A stretch of 64,000 nt of DNA, from contig CAVVZC010000019.1 in assembly GCA_963752565.1 (NCBI GenBank), positions 21,447-85,446 on the forward strand, in the 5' to 3' direction. Of the stretch, positions 37,538 to 47,278 are shown one piece after another. Below the pieces are notes generated by a model, which did no database searches, had not been told where the DNA came from, and saw nothing but the letters and a program-made list of their open reading frames with translations. This DNA comes from an uncultured delta proteobacterium. GTDB lineage: Bacteria > Desulfobacterota > Desulfobacteria > Desulfobacterales > UBA11574. The position numbers were made by a program, and so were the translations under genes. Each line of letters begins with the position of its first letter. Position 1 is the first letter of the stretch.

Positions 37538-38776
37538 ATGAACTTAAGCATAGATCCGAAAACTTCAGGCCCAAAAGGCTTTGTTATTGTTGCCACCATG
37601 TGCATTGCCGAAGTGTTTGGTATGCTCGGGGTTTTCGCTTTTCCAGCACTCCTGCCTTATTTTCTGAAGTTGTGGGATTTATCAAACGGACAGGCCGGGT
37701 GGATAAACGGCATTTATTTCGCAGGCTACACGGTAGCCGTACCACTTCTCACCAGTCTTACCGACCGGATTGATGCCCGTCGGATATACCTGACCTTCTG
37801 CATTCTGGGCATACTGTCCAACTTGGGATTCGCTTTTTTCGCGCGCGGATTCTGGTCGGCGCTTATTTTCAGAGGTTTAAGTGGTCTTGGACTTGCTGGA
37901 ACATTTATCCCGGGGCTTAAAGCTATCATTGATCGATTGGAAACTCACGCCCATCCCCGGGCTGTTTCTCTTTATACAGCCTGTTTCGGCCTGGGAGTGA
38001 GTCTCTCTTTTTATTTCGCAGGGGAAATGTTCAGATGGTTTGGATGGAAGGAAACATTTGGAATTGCTGCGATGGGCTCCGTTTTCTCCCTTATCCTGTC
38101 TTATCTGGTATTAAAACCCAAACCAATACCAGTGGTATCTTACGATATGACAATGGACCATATTCTTAATTATAAACCGATTTGGAAGAACCAACAAACA
38201 CGCACTTACATCCTTGCCTATATGTGCCACATGTGGGAAATGTTTGCTGCCCGCTCCTGGCTGGTGGCCTTTCTGAGCTTTAGTATAACCCTTCAAAAGA
38301 TGCCGGCAGACTTCATGGCGCCGACAACTGTCATGGCTTTAGCCGGAATCGGGGGTATGTTGGCCAGCATTTTGGGTGGAGAACTGGCCACTCGGCTGGA
38401 ACGACGCCGGGTAGTGTCGGCAATCATGGGGATTTCCTCTCTATTGGCGCTGACCATTGGTTTTTCAGCTCCGATGTCCTACAACGTCGTGGTGACGCTG
38501 TGTATGGTCTACACCTTGTTTTTTCAAGGAGACTCCGCTGCGATTCATACCGGGGTCATCACTTCAATAGAGCCCGAACGCCGAGGCGCCGCCATGGCCC
38601 TTCAGTCCCTGGGTGGGTTCGCCGCAGCATCCATAGGGTCGGTGGCCGTTGGATTAATGCTTGACATCACCGGCGGGGGTTCGACCGTGTTGTCTTGGGT
38701 TCTAACCTTTGGATCCATGGGAATCGCCGCCGCACTGGGCTCAGTATTGCTGCACCGAATTCCCTGCCATACTTGA
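37538..38776 (+). CDS. MFS transporter
   Basis: 412 aa with about 12 TM segments and the loop motif LTDRIDARR. Confidence 0.8.
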   Translation: MNLSIDPKTSGPKGFVIVATMCIAEVFGMLGVFAFPALLPYFLKLWDLSNGQAGWINGIYFAGYTVAVPLLTSLTDRIDARRIYLTFCILGILSNLGFAFFARGFWSALIFRGLSGLGLAGTFIPGLKAIIDRLETHAHPRAVSLYTACFGLGVSLSFYFAGEMFRWFGWKETFGIAAMGSVFSLILSYLVLKPKPIPVVSYDMTMDHILNYKPIWKNQQTRTYILAYMCHMWEMFAARSWLVAFLSFSITLQKMPADFMAPTTVMALAGIGGMLASILGGELATRLERRRVVSAIMGISSLLALTIGFSAPMSYNVVVTLCMVYTLFFQGDSAAIHTGVITSIEPERRGAAMALQSLGGFAAASIGSVAVGLMLDITGGGSTVLSWVLTFGSMGIAAALGSVLLHRIPCHT

Positions 38777-38839
38777 CGTTGAGGATAACATCGTAATTAA
38801 AAATTTTCCATCTTGTTTACGATCATTTAGGGTTACATT

Positions 38840-39544
38840 TTATATCCCCAAATAAACCTCTCTCACATGATCGTTGGCCATCAATTCCTGTCCGGTGCCG
38901 TCAAGAACGTTTCTACCGTTCTCCAGAACATAGGCCCGATGGCACATGGCCAACGTTTGAGTAACGTTCTGTTCCACCAAAAGGATGGTTGTGCCTTCCT
39001 GGTTGATTTTTTTGATTAAATCGAAGATGTCTTGTACCAGAATAGGCGCCAAGCCCAGGGACGGTTCATCGAACATCATCAGTTTGGGTCGCGACATCAG
39101 CCCTCGTCCCACGGCCAGCATCTGCTGTTCACCGCCGGATAGGGTCCCGGCTATTTGTTTTCTTCTTTCTTTAAGTCTTGGAAACAGGGAATACACATAC
39201 GCCATGGTGTTGTTTCGTTTTCGCTTGGCATCACCGTAAAGAGATCCCATGATCAGATTTTCTTCGACGCTCATCTCCGGGAAAAGACGCCGGCCTTCAG
39301 GAACGTGAACTATCCCATGCTCAATAATTTTATTTGGCGGCAACTTGTCCAGGCGAACGCCATTAAACTCGATGGTGCCGGACGCCGGCTTCAGAAGTGA
39401 AGAGATGGTCTTGAGGATTGTGGTTTTCCCTGCCCCATTGGCCCCCACCAAAACCAAGATTTCTTTTTCTTTGACTTCAAAGTAGAGATCCCAGAGAACC
39501 TGAAGATCTCCGTAAAAAACATTAATCCCGTTAACCTTGAGCAC
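38840..39544 (-). CDS. livF: Branched-chain amino acid ABC transporter ATP-binding protein LivF-type
   Basis: GANGAGKTT, LSGGEQQMLAVGR and MFDEPS motifs. GTG 39544 (MLKVNGINVFYG, GGGAGA RBS) is preferred over the track TTG at 39568. Confidence 0.88.
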   Translation of the reverse strand: MLKVNGINVFYGDLQVLWDLYFEVKEKEILVLVGANGAGKTTILKTISSLLKPASGTIEFNGVRLDKLPPNKIIEHGIVHVPEGRRLFPEMSVEENLIMGSLYGDAKRKRNNTMAYVYSLFPRLKERRKQIAGTLSGGEQQMLAVGRGLMSRPKLMMFDEPSLGLAPILVQDIFDLIKKINQEGTTILLVEQNVTQTLAMCHRAYVLENGRNVLDGTGQELMANDHVREVYLGI

Positions 39545-40256
39545 GTTGTTCTCCCAAATAAGCCTCAATCACCGCCGGGTAGTTGGCAACTTCCTGAGGG
39601 ACTCCTTCTGCAATGGTTTGGCCAAAGTTGATGGCGTGAATTCGATCCGATATGGTCATGATGACCTTCATGATATGCTCAACAATCAGAATACTAATCC
39701 CATTGTCTCTGATTTTTTTAATTAGATCGATGGCCTCACCAAGTTCACCAGGATTTAAGCCTGCCGCGGTTTCGTCCAGTAGTAAAAGCTCCGGTTTTGT
39801 CGCCATCGCACGGGCAATTTCAAGGCGTTTTCTACCGGCGATGGGCAGACTCTCGGCCAGTTTATTATTCTGGTCCGCAAGATTACAAAATTCCAGAACG
39901 CTTAACGCTTCATCTTTTGCTTCCTTAATGGTATTGACGCGGCAAAACGTGGATGCCGTAACATTCTCCAAAACCGTCATTCTGGCCAGGGGTTTGGCAA
40001 CTTGAAACGTCCGTCCGATACCCAGATGACAAACTTGATGGGTTTTTAACCCGACAATGCTTTTTCCTTTAAACAGAATGTCTCCGGATGTAACAGGGAA
40101 AAATTGATTGATACAGTTGAATATCGTGGTCTTCCCACTACCGTTGGGACCGATGAGGCCGACAATCTCCCCTTTTTCCACATTAAAGGAGACATCATTG
40201 ACTGCCAGAAGCCCGCCAAACGATTTGGTGAGGTTTTTGACTTCAAGAAGTGCCAT
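39531..40256 (-). CDS. livG: Branched-chain amino acid ABC transporter ATP-binding protein LivG-type
   Basis: MALLEVKNLTKSFGGLLAVNDVSF, GPNGSGKTT, LLLDETAAGLNP. Confidence 0.9.
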   Translation of the reverse strand: MALLEVKNLTKSFGGLLAVNDVSFNVEKGEIVGLIGPNGSGKTTIFNCINQFFPVTSGDILFKGKSIVGLKTHQVCHLGIGRTFQVAKPLARMTVLENVTASTFCRVNTIKEAKDEALSVLEFCNLADQNNKLAESLPIAGRKRLEIARAMATKPELLLLDETAAGLNPGELGEAIDLIKKIRDNGISILIVEHIMKVIMTISDRIHAINFGQTIAEGVPQEVANYPAVIEAYLGEQRAQG

Positions 40257-40302
40257 ATTCCTTATTATCCTATGAACCCGACGGCTTCATTCTAAAAATC
40301 TG

Positions 40303-41502
40303 CTACCAATATCCCCAGGTTTTCATCCAGTCCACGGGATATCTAAACCTTTTGGTCGCATGGTCTGTCGGCCAGACCAGTTCCAGTTTTCCATTGATCC
40401 ACTGGACTACATAGGTGCCGGCTTTGTTCTGGTTCTTCATTTTACCCCACGTGGTAAACTTCACCGGTCCGAAAACGGTCATCATATCGGTTTCGGAAAG
40501 GGCCTGTTTAATATCCGTGTTCTTAAAGGAATTGGCCCGCTTTAGCACATCTGCAATTACATAACAGGCGGAATAAGCCTCAGCCCCGTAATACACGGTG
40601 GGCTTGTTGTATTTTTTCACGAATTTTTTGTAATAATTCATGGCCCCGGGAAAGGGAAAAGCCTGGTGCCAGAGTGTGGTGGAAATGACCTTTTCAGATG
40701 CGACTCCCGCATTTTGTGCGAATTCCGACAAAGTAAAGCCTGCGGAACCACCGATAAACATTTTTGGGGTCAGTTTCAATTCCTTGACCTGTTTCATGAT
40801 CAAAGACGCATCCATGATATACGATACCATATAGACGATATCCGGGTTGAGCTGTTTGATTCGGATCAACATCTGTTTAAAATCGTTGCCGCCATGCTCA
40901 TATCCTTCTTTTAAAACAACTTTATAGCCGGCCTTGCCACAGATCTTCGCAAAGGATTTTGCGCCCTTGGTGCCGAAAAGTGAATTTTCGTGAAGAATGG
41001 CAATGGTCTTCGGCTTTATTTTTTCAGCCAGCAAGGTTGTAACGGCATCGGCATAATGACTCACCGGTGGATTCAACCGGTAAATGTAATCCCATCCGGA
41101 CGTGGTAATTTTATCCGCAGAGCCGGTATTGACCAGAAACGGCATCTTGTTCTGCTGGCAGACACCGGCCACAGCATAGGTCACGGAACTACTGAATCCG
41201 CCGCCGACCATGATCACCTTGTCTTTTGTGATGAGCTTTTCAACCACGGAACGACCCACATCCGGACGACCGGTATCGTCCTTAATAATCAGTTCGAGTT
41301 TTTTCCCGTTAATCCCTCCTGCAGCATTGATCTCCTCTAAAGCCAAATCAAATGATTTTTTCTCTATTTCGCCGAATTTTGCCTGGGGTCCTGTCAGCGG
41401 TAAAACGATTCCCACCTTTACCGCATCTGCTGCCGATGATCCGGCAACCATCAGACCCACAACGCAAAAGATACTGATCAAAATCACTGGCAGTCTCTTC
41501 AT
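40303..41502 (-). CDS. LivK-like periplasmic binding protein
   Basis: Signal peptide, then VKVGIVLPLTGPQAKFG..INAAGGINGKKLELIIKDD and YYGAEAYSACYVIADVLKRA. Confidence 0.85.
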   Translation of the reverse strand: MKRLPVILISIFCVVGLMVAGSSAADAVKVGIVLPLTGPQAKFGEIEKKSFDLALEEINAAGGINGKKLELIIKDDTGRPDVGRSVVEKLITKDKVIMVGGGFSSSVTYAVAGVCQQNKMPFLVNTGSADKITTSGWDYIYRLNPPVSHYADAVTTLLAEKIKPKTIAILHENSLFGTKGAKSFAKICGKAGYKVVLKEGYEHGGNDFKQMLIRIKQLNPDIVYMVSYIMDASLIMKQVKELKLTPKMFIGGSAGFTLSEFAQNAGVASEKVISTTLWHQAFPFPGAMNYYKKFVKKYNKPTVYYGAEAYSACYVIADVLKRANSFKNTDIKQALSETDMMTVFGPVKFTTWGKMKNQNKAGTYVVQWINGKLELVWPTDHATKRFRYPVDWMKTWGYW

Positions 41503-41651
41503 TTATTATTCTCCATCTATTATTAAAAAAAATTTAATAACAAAGTGATGGTAAACACCTTTTCAGTAGTTAGCAGCCATAAAACTGGATGTTAACATAC
41601 AAATTTCTATATTATCCCCTATGGCCAAGAAATATGAATCATTTTTCTGGC

Positions 41652-42650
41652 CTATGTATCTGTTTCTTTCCTGAAGTCTATTTTTTCATTAACCAAATTG
41701 GGCGGCCGGTTTCCTTTCAGACCTTGGACCATATTTCTGGCCGCCATTTTCGCCATCCGCAGTCTCGTCTCAATAGAAGCGCTTCCAATGTGGGGTGCCA
41801 ACACCACGTTCTCCTCCATTTTGATAAGTTCCGGATGAACACTGGGCTCTTCTTCGAACACATCCAACGCCGCCCCTCTGATTTGTCCATCCTTGATGGC
41901 TTCAACCAGGCCTGTTTCATCCACCACCGGCCCCCTGGAAGTATTGATAAGAATGGCGGTATTTTTCATTTTCCTGAATTCTTGGATCGAAAACATGTGT
42001 TTTGTCTTCTCTGTCAGGGGAACATGAATACTGATAAAATCGCTCATGGCAAGGAGTTCGTCAAATTCCACAAATTCTGCTTCAACTTCTTTCTCGACAC
42101 TATCTTTTATAGACGAACTATAGTAAATGACCCGCATGTCAAACCCTTTTCTCGCTCTTTTGGCCACCGCCTGTCCAATGGCACCCATGCCGACGATACC
42201 CAGCGTTTTTTTGTAGATGTCCACCCCCATTTGAGGCTGCATGAGTTGCCAGTTTTTGAATTTCCCAGCCCTTATAAATTGATCGGCTTCAGGTATCCTG
42301 CGGGCGGTGCCAAGAAGCAGGGCAAAGGCCAAATCGGCCGTTGTCTCAGTCAGCACACCCGGGGTATTGGTCACCATAATACCCCGATGGGTAGCGGCAG
42401 CGATATCGATATTGTCATACCCCACGGCAATGTTGGAGATCACCTTAAGGGACGGAAGTTTGTCCATAACCACTGAATCGATTCTATCGTTGAGTAAACA
42501 GATAAGACCCGCCTTTCCATGAGCCCTTTTAACCAATTCCCGGACAGATAGAATTCTGTCCGAGTCGTTGATATCAATGGTATGCCGTTCTTTTTTTAAT
42601 ATGTCTATGGCGTCCCTGAAAACTCTTCTGGTAATAAAAATTTCAGCCAT
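41652..42650 (-). CDS. D-isomer-specific 2-hydroxyacid dehydrogenase (glyoxylate/hydroxypyruvate reductase-like)
   Basis: NAD-binding motif GIVGMGAIGQAVAKRA, and catalytic region NTSRGPVVDE...APHIGSAS. ATG 42650 with GGAGGA RBS is preferred over the longer track ORF. Confidence 0.88.
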   Translation of the reverse strand: MAEIFITRRVFRDAIDILKKERHTIDINDSDRILSVRELVKRAHGKAGLICLLNDRIDSVVMDKLPSLKVISNIAVGYDNIDIAAATHRGIMVTNTPGVLTETTADLAFALLLGTARRIPEADQFIRAGKFKNWQLMQPQMGVDIYKKTLGIVGMGAIGQAVAKRARKGFDMRVIYYSSSIKDSVEKEVEAEFVEFDELLAMSDFISIHVPLTEKTKHMFSIQEFRKMKNTAILINTSRGPVVDETGLVEAIKDGQIRGAALDVFEEEPSVHPELIKMEENVVLAPHIGSASIETRLRMAKMAARNMVQGLKGNRPPNLVNEKIDFRKETDT

Positions 42651-42709
42651 TTTGTGGTCATCTCCTCCGTTTTTATCTGTCAAATTTAGCATCTTAAATT
42701 GAAACAACA

Positions 42710-43204
42710 CTATTTGATCGCCAATTCGAATCGCTGCTCTTTGACAACTTTTCCCCACTGTCGTCCCTTGTGCTGCTCTACGAGTTGAAAACCATACTTC
42801 TCATAAAGGTATTTGGCAGCATGAAGACCTTCGAAGGTCCAAAGAAAGATACATCGGTAGTCTTTGTTTCGGCAAAAGTCGATGGCCGTTTGAATAAGCA
42901 GGTTGCCGGCACCTTTTCCACGCAAACTGTCGGACACAATAAACCACCGCAAATGTGCACCCTCGTCTTTGGCATGAATCCCGTCAATGGTGATGGATCC
43001 TTCAATGTGACCCTCCAGCGAAGCCGTCCAGAAGCCATCCTGATTTTTGTCATATCTCCCGATGAATCCTGCCATCTCTTCGGCCACCTTTGATTCAAAG
43101 AAGGGACCGAATCCCCAATGGGTATTGTAGTAAGTCCCATGAAGTTCAACAACCCGGCCGATGGAACCTGGAATATAACCGCTTGTTATCTTTATCTCTG
43201 ACAT
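42710..43204 (-). CDS. GNAT family N-acetyltransferase
   Basis: 164 aa containing LRWFIVSDSLRGKGAGNLLIQTAIDF, the acetyl-CoA binding R/Q-x-x-G-x-G/A motif. Confidence 0.8.
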   Translation of the reverse strand: MSEIKITSGYIPGSIGRVVELHGTYYNTHWGFGPFFESKVAEEMAGFIGRYDKNQDGFWTASLEGHIEGSITIDGIHAKDEGAHLRWFIVSDSLRGKGAGNLLIQTAIDFCRNKDYRCIFLWTFEGLHAAKYLYEKYGFQLVEQHKGRQWGKVVKEQRFELAIK

Positions 43205-43410
43205 ATGACTCTGATTTCGCCTTCCTGAATTTCAGTTGATTGTGACTTATGCTTCTATGATGTGTTTCTTATATTGCCTATATATAAGCAAATGTTAAGA
43301 CAGCAAACAATAGTGACGTGATCAAGGTAAGTATGGCAATTATATCTGGCGAATTGCTTGCCAAAAAGAAACATGAATAACGTGCCGTAAATAAATTGAA
43401 AAAGCATCCC

Positions 43411-43572
43411 CTATCCCAAACGATAGATTTCTTGTGCGAGATCCAGAAACCAAGACGGCTTTTGGACGATAACGTAAATTAACATCAGGCCGATAATGGG
43501 TATGGGAATCACAACATCAACCATTCCAAGAAGGATTAAAACTAATATGGATTTTGTTCGAATGTTCATCAT
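43411..43572 (-). CDS. Small membrane protein (hypothetical)
   Basis: About 53 aa from the MMNIRTK start, with one strongly hydrophobic segment (ILVLILLGMVDVVIPIPIIGLMLIYVIV). Confidence 0.4.
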   Translation of the reverse strand: MMNIRTKSILVLILLGMVDVVIPIPIIGLMLIYVIVQKPSWFLDLAQEIYRLG

Positions 43573-43591
43573 CTGATAATTTGTTTTATAA

Positions 43592-44713
43592 TTAACCTTT
43601 TGCAGCCTTTTCCCGCTCTTTTTTCTCAATTACACAATAGATGCCGCCCTCTTCGAGGCCGGGCTTAAAACAGCTGTTGCATGAAATACATTTGGCCGGG
43701 CTGCGTTCCCCCTTTAGCCAGCGGTTGGGCAAGTCTGGTTCCCGGATCAGGGGCCTGGACATGGCGATATAATCCATGCCATAATTTTTGATCGCTCCTT
43801 CTCCGACTTCGAAGGACCGAAAACCACCCACCACCATCACCGGACAGGAGACCACCGCCTTGATTCGACGGGCCAGTTCCAGATGATATGCCTCTTTCTC
43901 AGGTTTATTTATCCTCAGACGCGCCGGGTTTTTTATGCCGGAGGCCGGGGTGCCGGCGGAGACTTCTATGGCATCGATGCCTTCTTTAGACAGTTTCTCG
44001 GCAGCGTAAACCGAATCACCGACTTCCAGGCCTCCATCCAGATTATCCGCAGCATTCAGTTTGATGAGTACGGGATAATCCACTCCCACCGTCTCTCTCA
44101 CCTTTGTATACACTTCCAGAAGAAACCGGCTGCGGTTTTCAATACTGCCGCCGTAATCATCTGTACGTCGGTTGGTTAGCGGAGAAAGAAACTGGTTAAT
44201 CAGATAGCCATGGGCCCCATGCAGTTGCACAGCATCGAAACCCCATCTCTTGGCCCGACGAGCCCCCGCTCCAAATGCCGCAATAATGTCAAGGATGTCA
44301 TCCTTCGAAAGTTCAGACGGTATCTCCGAAAATTGATCGACCTGAACAGCCGAAGGTGCCAGGGGTTGCCGGCCGGCAGCTTCAGTACTGGTTTGGCCGC
44401 CGGCATGAACCAACTGGACACAGATTTTCCCGCCTTCGTCATGAACGACACTGGATAGCGCCACCATCTCCGGTTCAAAATCATCGGTGTGAATGCCCAT
44501 TTTGCCTGGCATCTGCTTCCCTTCCTGCCTTACAAACGTATATCCCGAAACGATCAGGCCGATACCGCCTTGTGCTAAAACACGGTAAAAGTCTATCAAT
44601 TTTTCCGTGGGACGACCGTCTACGTCGCACATCCCTTCCCAGGTAGCGGATCTTATCATTCTGTTTGGCATCGTCATACCGTTAATTGCAGTTTCTTCGA
44701 ATAAAGTGGACAT
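43592..44713 (-). CDS. NADH:flavin oxidoreductase (Old Yellow Enzyme family)
   Basis: PNRMIRSATWEG, QLVHAGGQ, DAVQLHGAHGYLINQFLSP and RRTDDYGGS, followed by a C-terminal Cys-rich tail (CISCNSC...C). Confidence 0.88.
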   Translation of the reverse strand: MSTLFEETAINGMTMPNRMIRSATWEGMCDVDGRPTEKLIDFYRVLAQGGIGLIVSGYTFVRQEGKQMPGKMGIHTDDFEPEMVALSSVVHDEGGKICVQLVHAGGQTSTEAAGRQPLAPSAVQVDQFSEIPSELSKDDILDIIAAFGAGARRAKRWGFDAVQLHGAHGYLINQFLSPLTNRRTDDYGGSIENRSRFLLEVYTKVRETVGVDYPVLIKLNAADNLDGGLEVGDSVYAAEKLSKEGIDAIEVSAGTPASGIKNPARLRINKPEKEAYHLELARRIKAVVSCPVMVVGGFRSFEVGEGAIKNYGMDYIAMSRPLIREPDLPNRWLKGERSPAKCISCNSCFKPGLEEGGIYCVIEKKEREKAAKG

Positions 44714-44760
44714 GTTTTGCCTCCTCTCACTCGATTTTGGCGTATTTAATCCGCCGGATA

Positions 44761-45222
44761 TTATCTTGTTTTTTGAAAGCGGAAATCACAATATCTGGCG
44801 CCTTCCATGATGGTCTGTGTTCTTCTTAATTCGATCTGTGGGTTGAATCCCTTTAGGAACGAGAAATCTCTGATACACGAGAGGGTGGATCCTATATCTT
44901 TTATCCCCATTTTTTCGTACATTTTGGCATATCCACAATACGTAACATCAAAAAACAACTCGCTGTCAGTTTCTTTGATCATCTTTATTTCTATTGCACC
45001 ATCATTGGCCCATACTTCTTTTACGATTTTAGACAGTTCAGTCAGAGTGTTTCCTTCATATTGCCGTGCCATTTTTTTCCCTGAGGCTATTGCATCTTCA
45101 CTAATGATGTTCCTGGCAATTTTCATTGCTTTTTCATAGCCGATTTCTCCTGCAAAACCATAAATTAGGGAAGAAACCATGGGGGCTTGAATTTCTCTTA
45201 ACTTCTGATGTGTTATTTTCAC
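44761..45222 (-). CDS. L-2-amino-thiazoline-4-carboxylic acid hydrolase-like family protein (tentative)
   Basis: 153 aa ending with the ...GARYCDFRF motif typical of that family. The call is from memory only. Confidence 0.45.
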   Translation of the reverse strand: MKITHQKLREIQAPMVSSLIYGFAGEIGYEKAMKIARNIISEDAIASGKKMARQYEGNTLTELSKIVKEVWANDGAIEIKMIKETDSELFFDVTYCGYAKMYEKMGIKDIGSTLSCIRDFSFLKGFNPQIELRRTQTIMEGARYCDFRFQKTR

Positions 45223-45564
45223 TTTAGTCTGTCTCCTCTTCTCAGATAGTATTCCTTTTTTTCATATGGTGTTTATTTTTAACGTCTTAGCCCTGAAAGT
45301 TCTCGAAATTAGACATGTGAAGAAACGTTACACAAAATTCTTTTTAAGAATTTATCCTGGAGATTATATAGCATCATATCAGATATTTATAAAAAATGAA
45401 ATCGTCAAAAAGATCACCAGGAATTTATCAAGATTGACAGTTGGTTTATTAAATAATAGAACAAGATGAATGCTCAATAAATCCACATTAAAAATAGATG
45501 GTTGCAACAAAAGTCTTTAACCAGCAACTTTTATTTTTTATAGAAGACATTCAAATCAAAGCCC

Positions 45565-46647
45565 ATGACAGAAATTTCTCATAGAGCATCGGCATCCCAA
45601 ATTTTGTTGACCGTTGCCGCCTTTGTGGTGGTTATCGCGGGTATGCGTGCCGCCGTGACCATCGTGGTGCCTTTCCTGCTGGCAGCATTTATCGCCATCA
45701 TCAGCGCCCCGCCGTTATTCTGGTTGCACAAAAAAGGCCTTCCCATATGGCTGGCCCTGATTATCGTAATTTTAGGCGTTTTATTGATCGGCTTTTTAAT
45801 TTCAGGTCTGGTCGGTTCATCAATCAAGGATTTTTCAGGGGATCTTCCGGTATATGAAGCCAAGCTTCGTACACTTATCACCGGAGTGGTGACCTGGCTA
45901 GAATCACACAAAATAGACACGGCAGGCCTGGCAGTGACGAAACTGTTTGACACAGGTGCGGCCATGAAACTTGTTGCCAAGGGATTGAACAGTCTGGGGA
46001 AGGTCCTCACCAATGGGCTTTTAATCTTGATGATTGTGATTTTTATGTTAATCGAAGCCTCAAGTTTTCCGGTCAAGTTGCATACCATATTTGGAAATGA
46101 AAAAAATCCCTTGGAAAATTTTGACAAGTTCATCAACACCGTTAAACAATATATGGCCATTAAGACCTGGATGAGCCTTTCTACCGGCATTGCGGTTTTT
46201 ATCTGGCTTGCCATAGTCGGGGTTGATTATGCCGTTCTTTGGGGCCTTCTGGCGTTCTTTTTGAACTATGTACCCAATATCGGTTCGATTATCGCAGCCA
46301 TACCGGCCGTATTGCTCGCCCTTATCCAACTCGGATTTGTCAAATCCATTATCGTGGCAGCCGGTTTCGTTGTTATAAATCTGCTGGTGGGCAATATCAT
46401 TGAACCGAGATTTATGGGCCGTGGTCTCGGCCTTTCCACACTGGTGGTTTTTTTATCGCTTATCTTCTGGGGATGGGTCCTGGGACCGGTGGGGATGCTG
46501 CTGTCCGTTCCGTTGACCATGACTGCCAAGATCGCTTTAGACAGTAGAGAAGAAACGCGATGGCTGGCCATACTTCTTGGGCCGGAGATTGCGGCCAAGA
46601 ATGGGGTGCCAACGACTGAAGAAGACAAGACAATAGAACATTCTTAA
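45565..46647 (+). CDS. AI-2E (PerM/YhhT) family transporter
   Basis: 360 aa, multi-TM, with LNYVPNIGSIIA and GNIIEPRFMG motifs. Confidence 0.85.
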   Translation: MTEISHRASASQILLTVAAFVVVIAGMRAAVTIVVPFLLAAFIAIISAPPLFWLHKKGLPIWLALIIVILGVLLIGFLISGLVGSSIKDFSGDLPVYEAKLRTLITGVVTWLESHKIDTAGLAVTKLFDTGAAMKLVAKGLNSLGKVLTNGLLILMIVIFMLIEASSFPVKLHTIFGNEKNPLENFDKFINTVKQYMAIKTWMSLSTGIAVFIWLAIVGVDYAVLWGLLAFFLNYVPNIGSIIAAIPAVLLALIQLGFVKSIIVAAGFVVINLLVGNIIEPRFMGRGLGLSTLVVFLSLIFWGWVLGPVGMLLSVPLTMTAKIALDSREETRWLAILLGPEIAAKNGVPTTEEDKTIEHS

Positions 46648-46660
46648 ATTTTTATTATCT

Positions 46661-47029
46661 TCATCCAAATTCCTTTAGCCAATTCAATGCACCTTCTTTG
46701 TCCTGATAATCAAAATGACGCACTTCAGCACTGACAAAATGGTTGGCAACTCGTGGCAAAATGGATAAAAAACCGCTGTCGGTTACCGCTGCCACCCTCC
46801 CAATATTTTGATGGTGGTTTTTGACGAATTTCAGATGAGATACCAACGCAGCAAAGTCATTCCAGCCAGGGAATGATTCTACATAAATCATCAACCCGTT
46901 AATTTTGTTTTTTTCTTCTATGAGCGGATCAACGTCCATGGCCAGCCTCTCAAAATCCGACGATGTCAAAGGCCCATCAGGTGTAACAATCAGTATGCCG
47001 TCATCTTGTAAAAATTCGTAGTGAAGCAT
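46661..47029 (-). CDS. STAS/SpoIIAA-like protein (DUF3478-type)
   Basis: 122 aa: DGILIVTPDGPLTSSDFERL...HHQNIGRVAAVTDS...HF. Confidence 0.6.
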   Translation of the reverse strand: MLHYEFLQDDGILIVTPDGPLTSSDFERLAMDVDPLIEEKNKINGLMIYVESFPGWNDFAALVSHLKFVKNHHQNIGRVAAVTDSGFLSILPRVANHFVSAEVRHFDYQDKEGALNWLKEFG

Positions 47030-47278
47030 TTCAACATCTCCTTTTTATAATGAATATCCTTTTATCTTTTTCCTTTTGGAGGTTAACATTGTCAATATAA
47101 AAACAGCATATCAAATATTTCTACAAAATAAACCCGATAAAAGGACAACGACAAATTTGTCAAGGATAATAGATTGATAAAAGTCGAGCTTCGTGATATT
47201 ATTGTTGTGTTGAAAAATTGGATAGCAACAAGCTGAACCGGGCAATCTGCCCGGTTATAATTTTCTTGGAGTTCTATT

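Noticed and set aside
41589-42476. 295-aa plus-strand ORF
   Set aside because: It lies entirely antisense to the well-supported 2-hydroxyacid dehydrogenase gene. Its composition is H/R/F-rich and low-complexity, and it has no RBS. It is a shadow ORF.
45266-45469. 67-aa plus-strand ORF in the divergent promoter region
   Set aside because: The DNA is very A/T-rich and the sequence is Lys/Ile/Asn-rich. There is no RBS, so it is likely non-coding promoter DNA.
45579-46214. 211-aa minus-strand ORF
   Set aside because: It is antisense to the AI-2E transporter gene, has no recognisable motifs and looks like a typical shadow frame.
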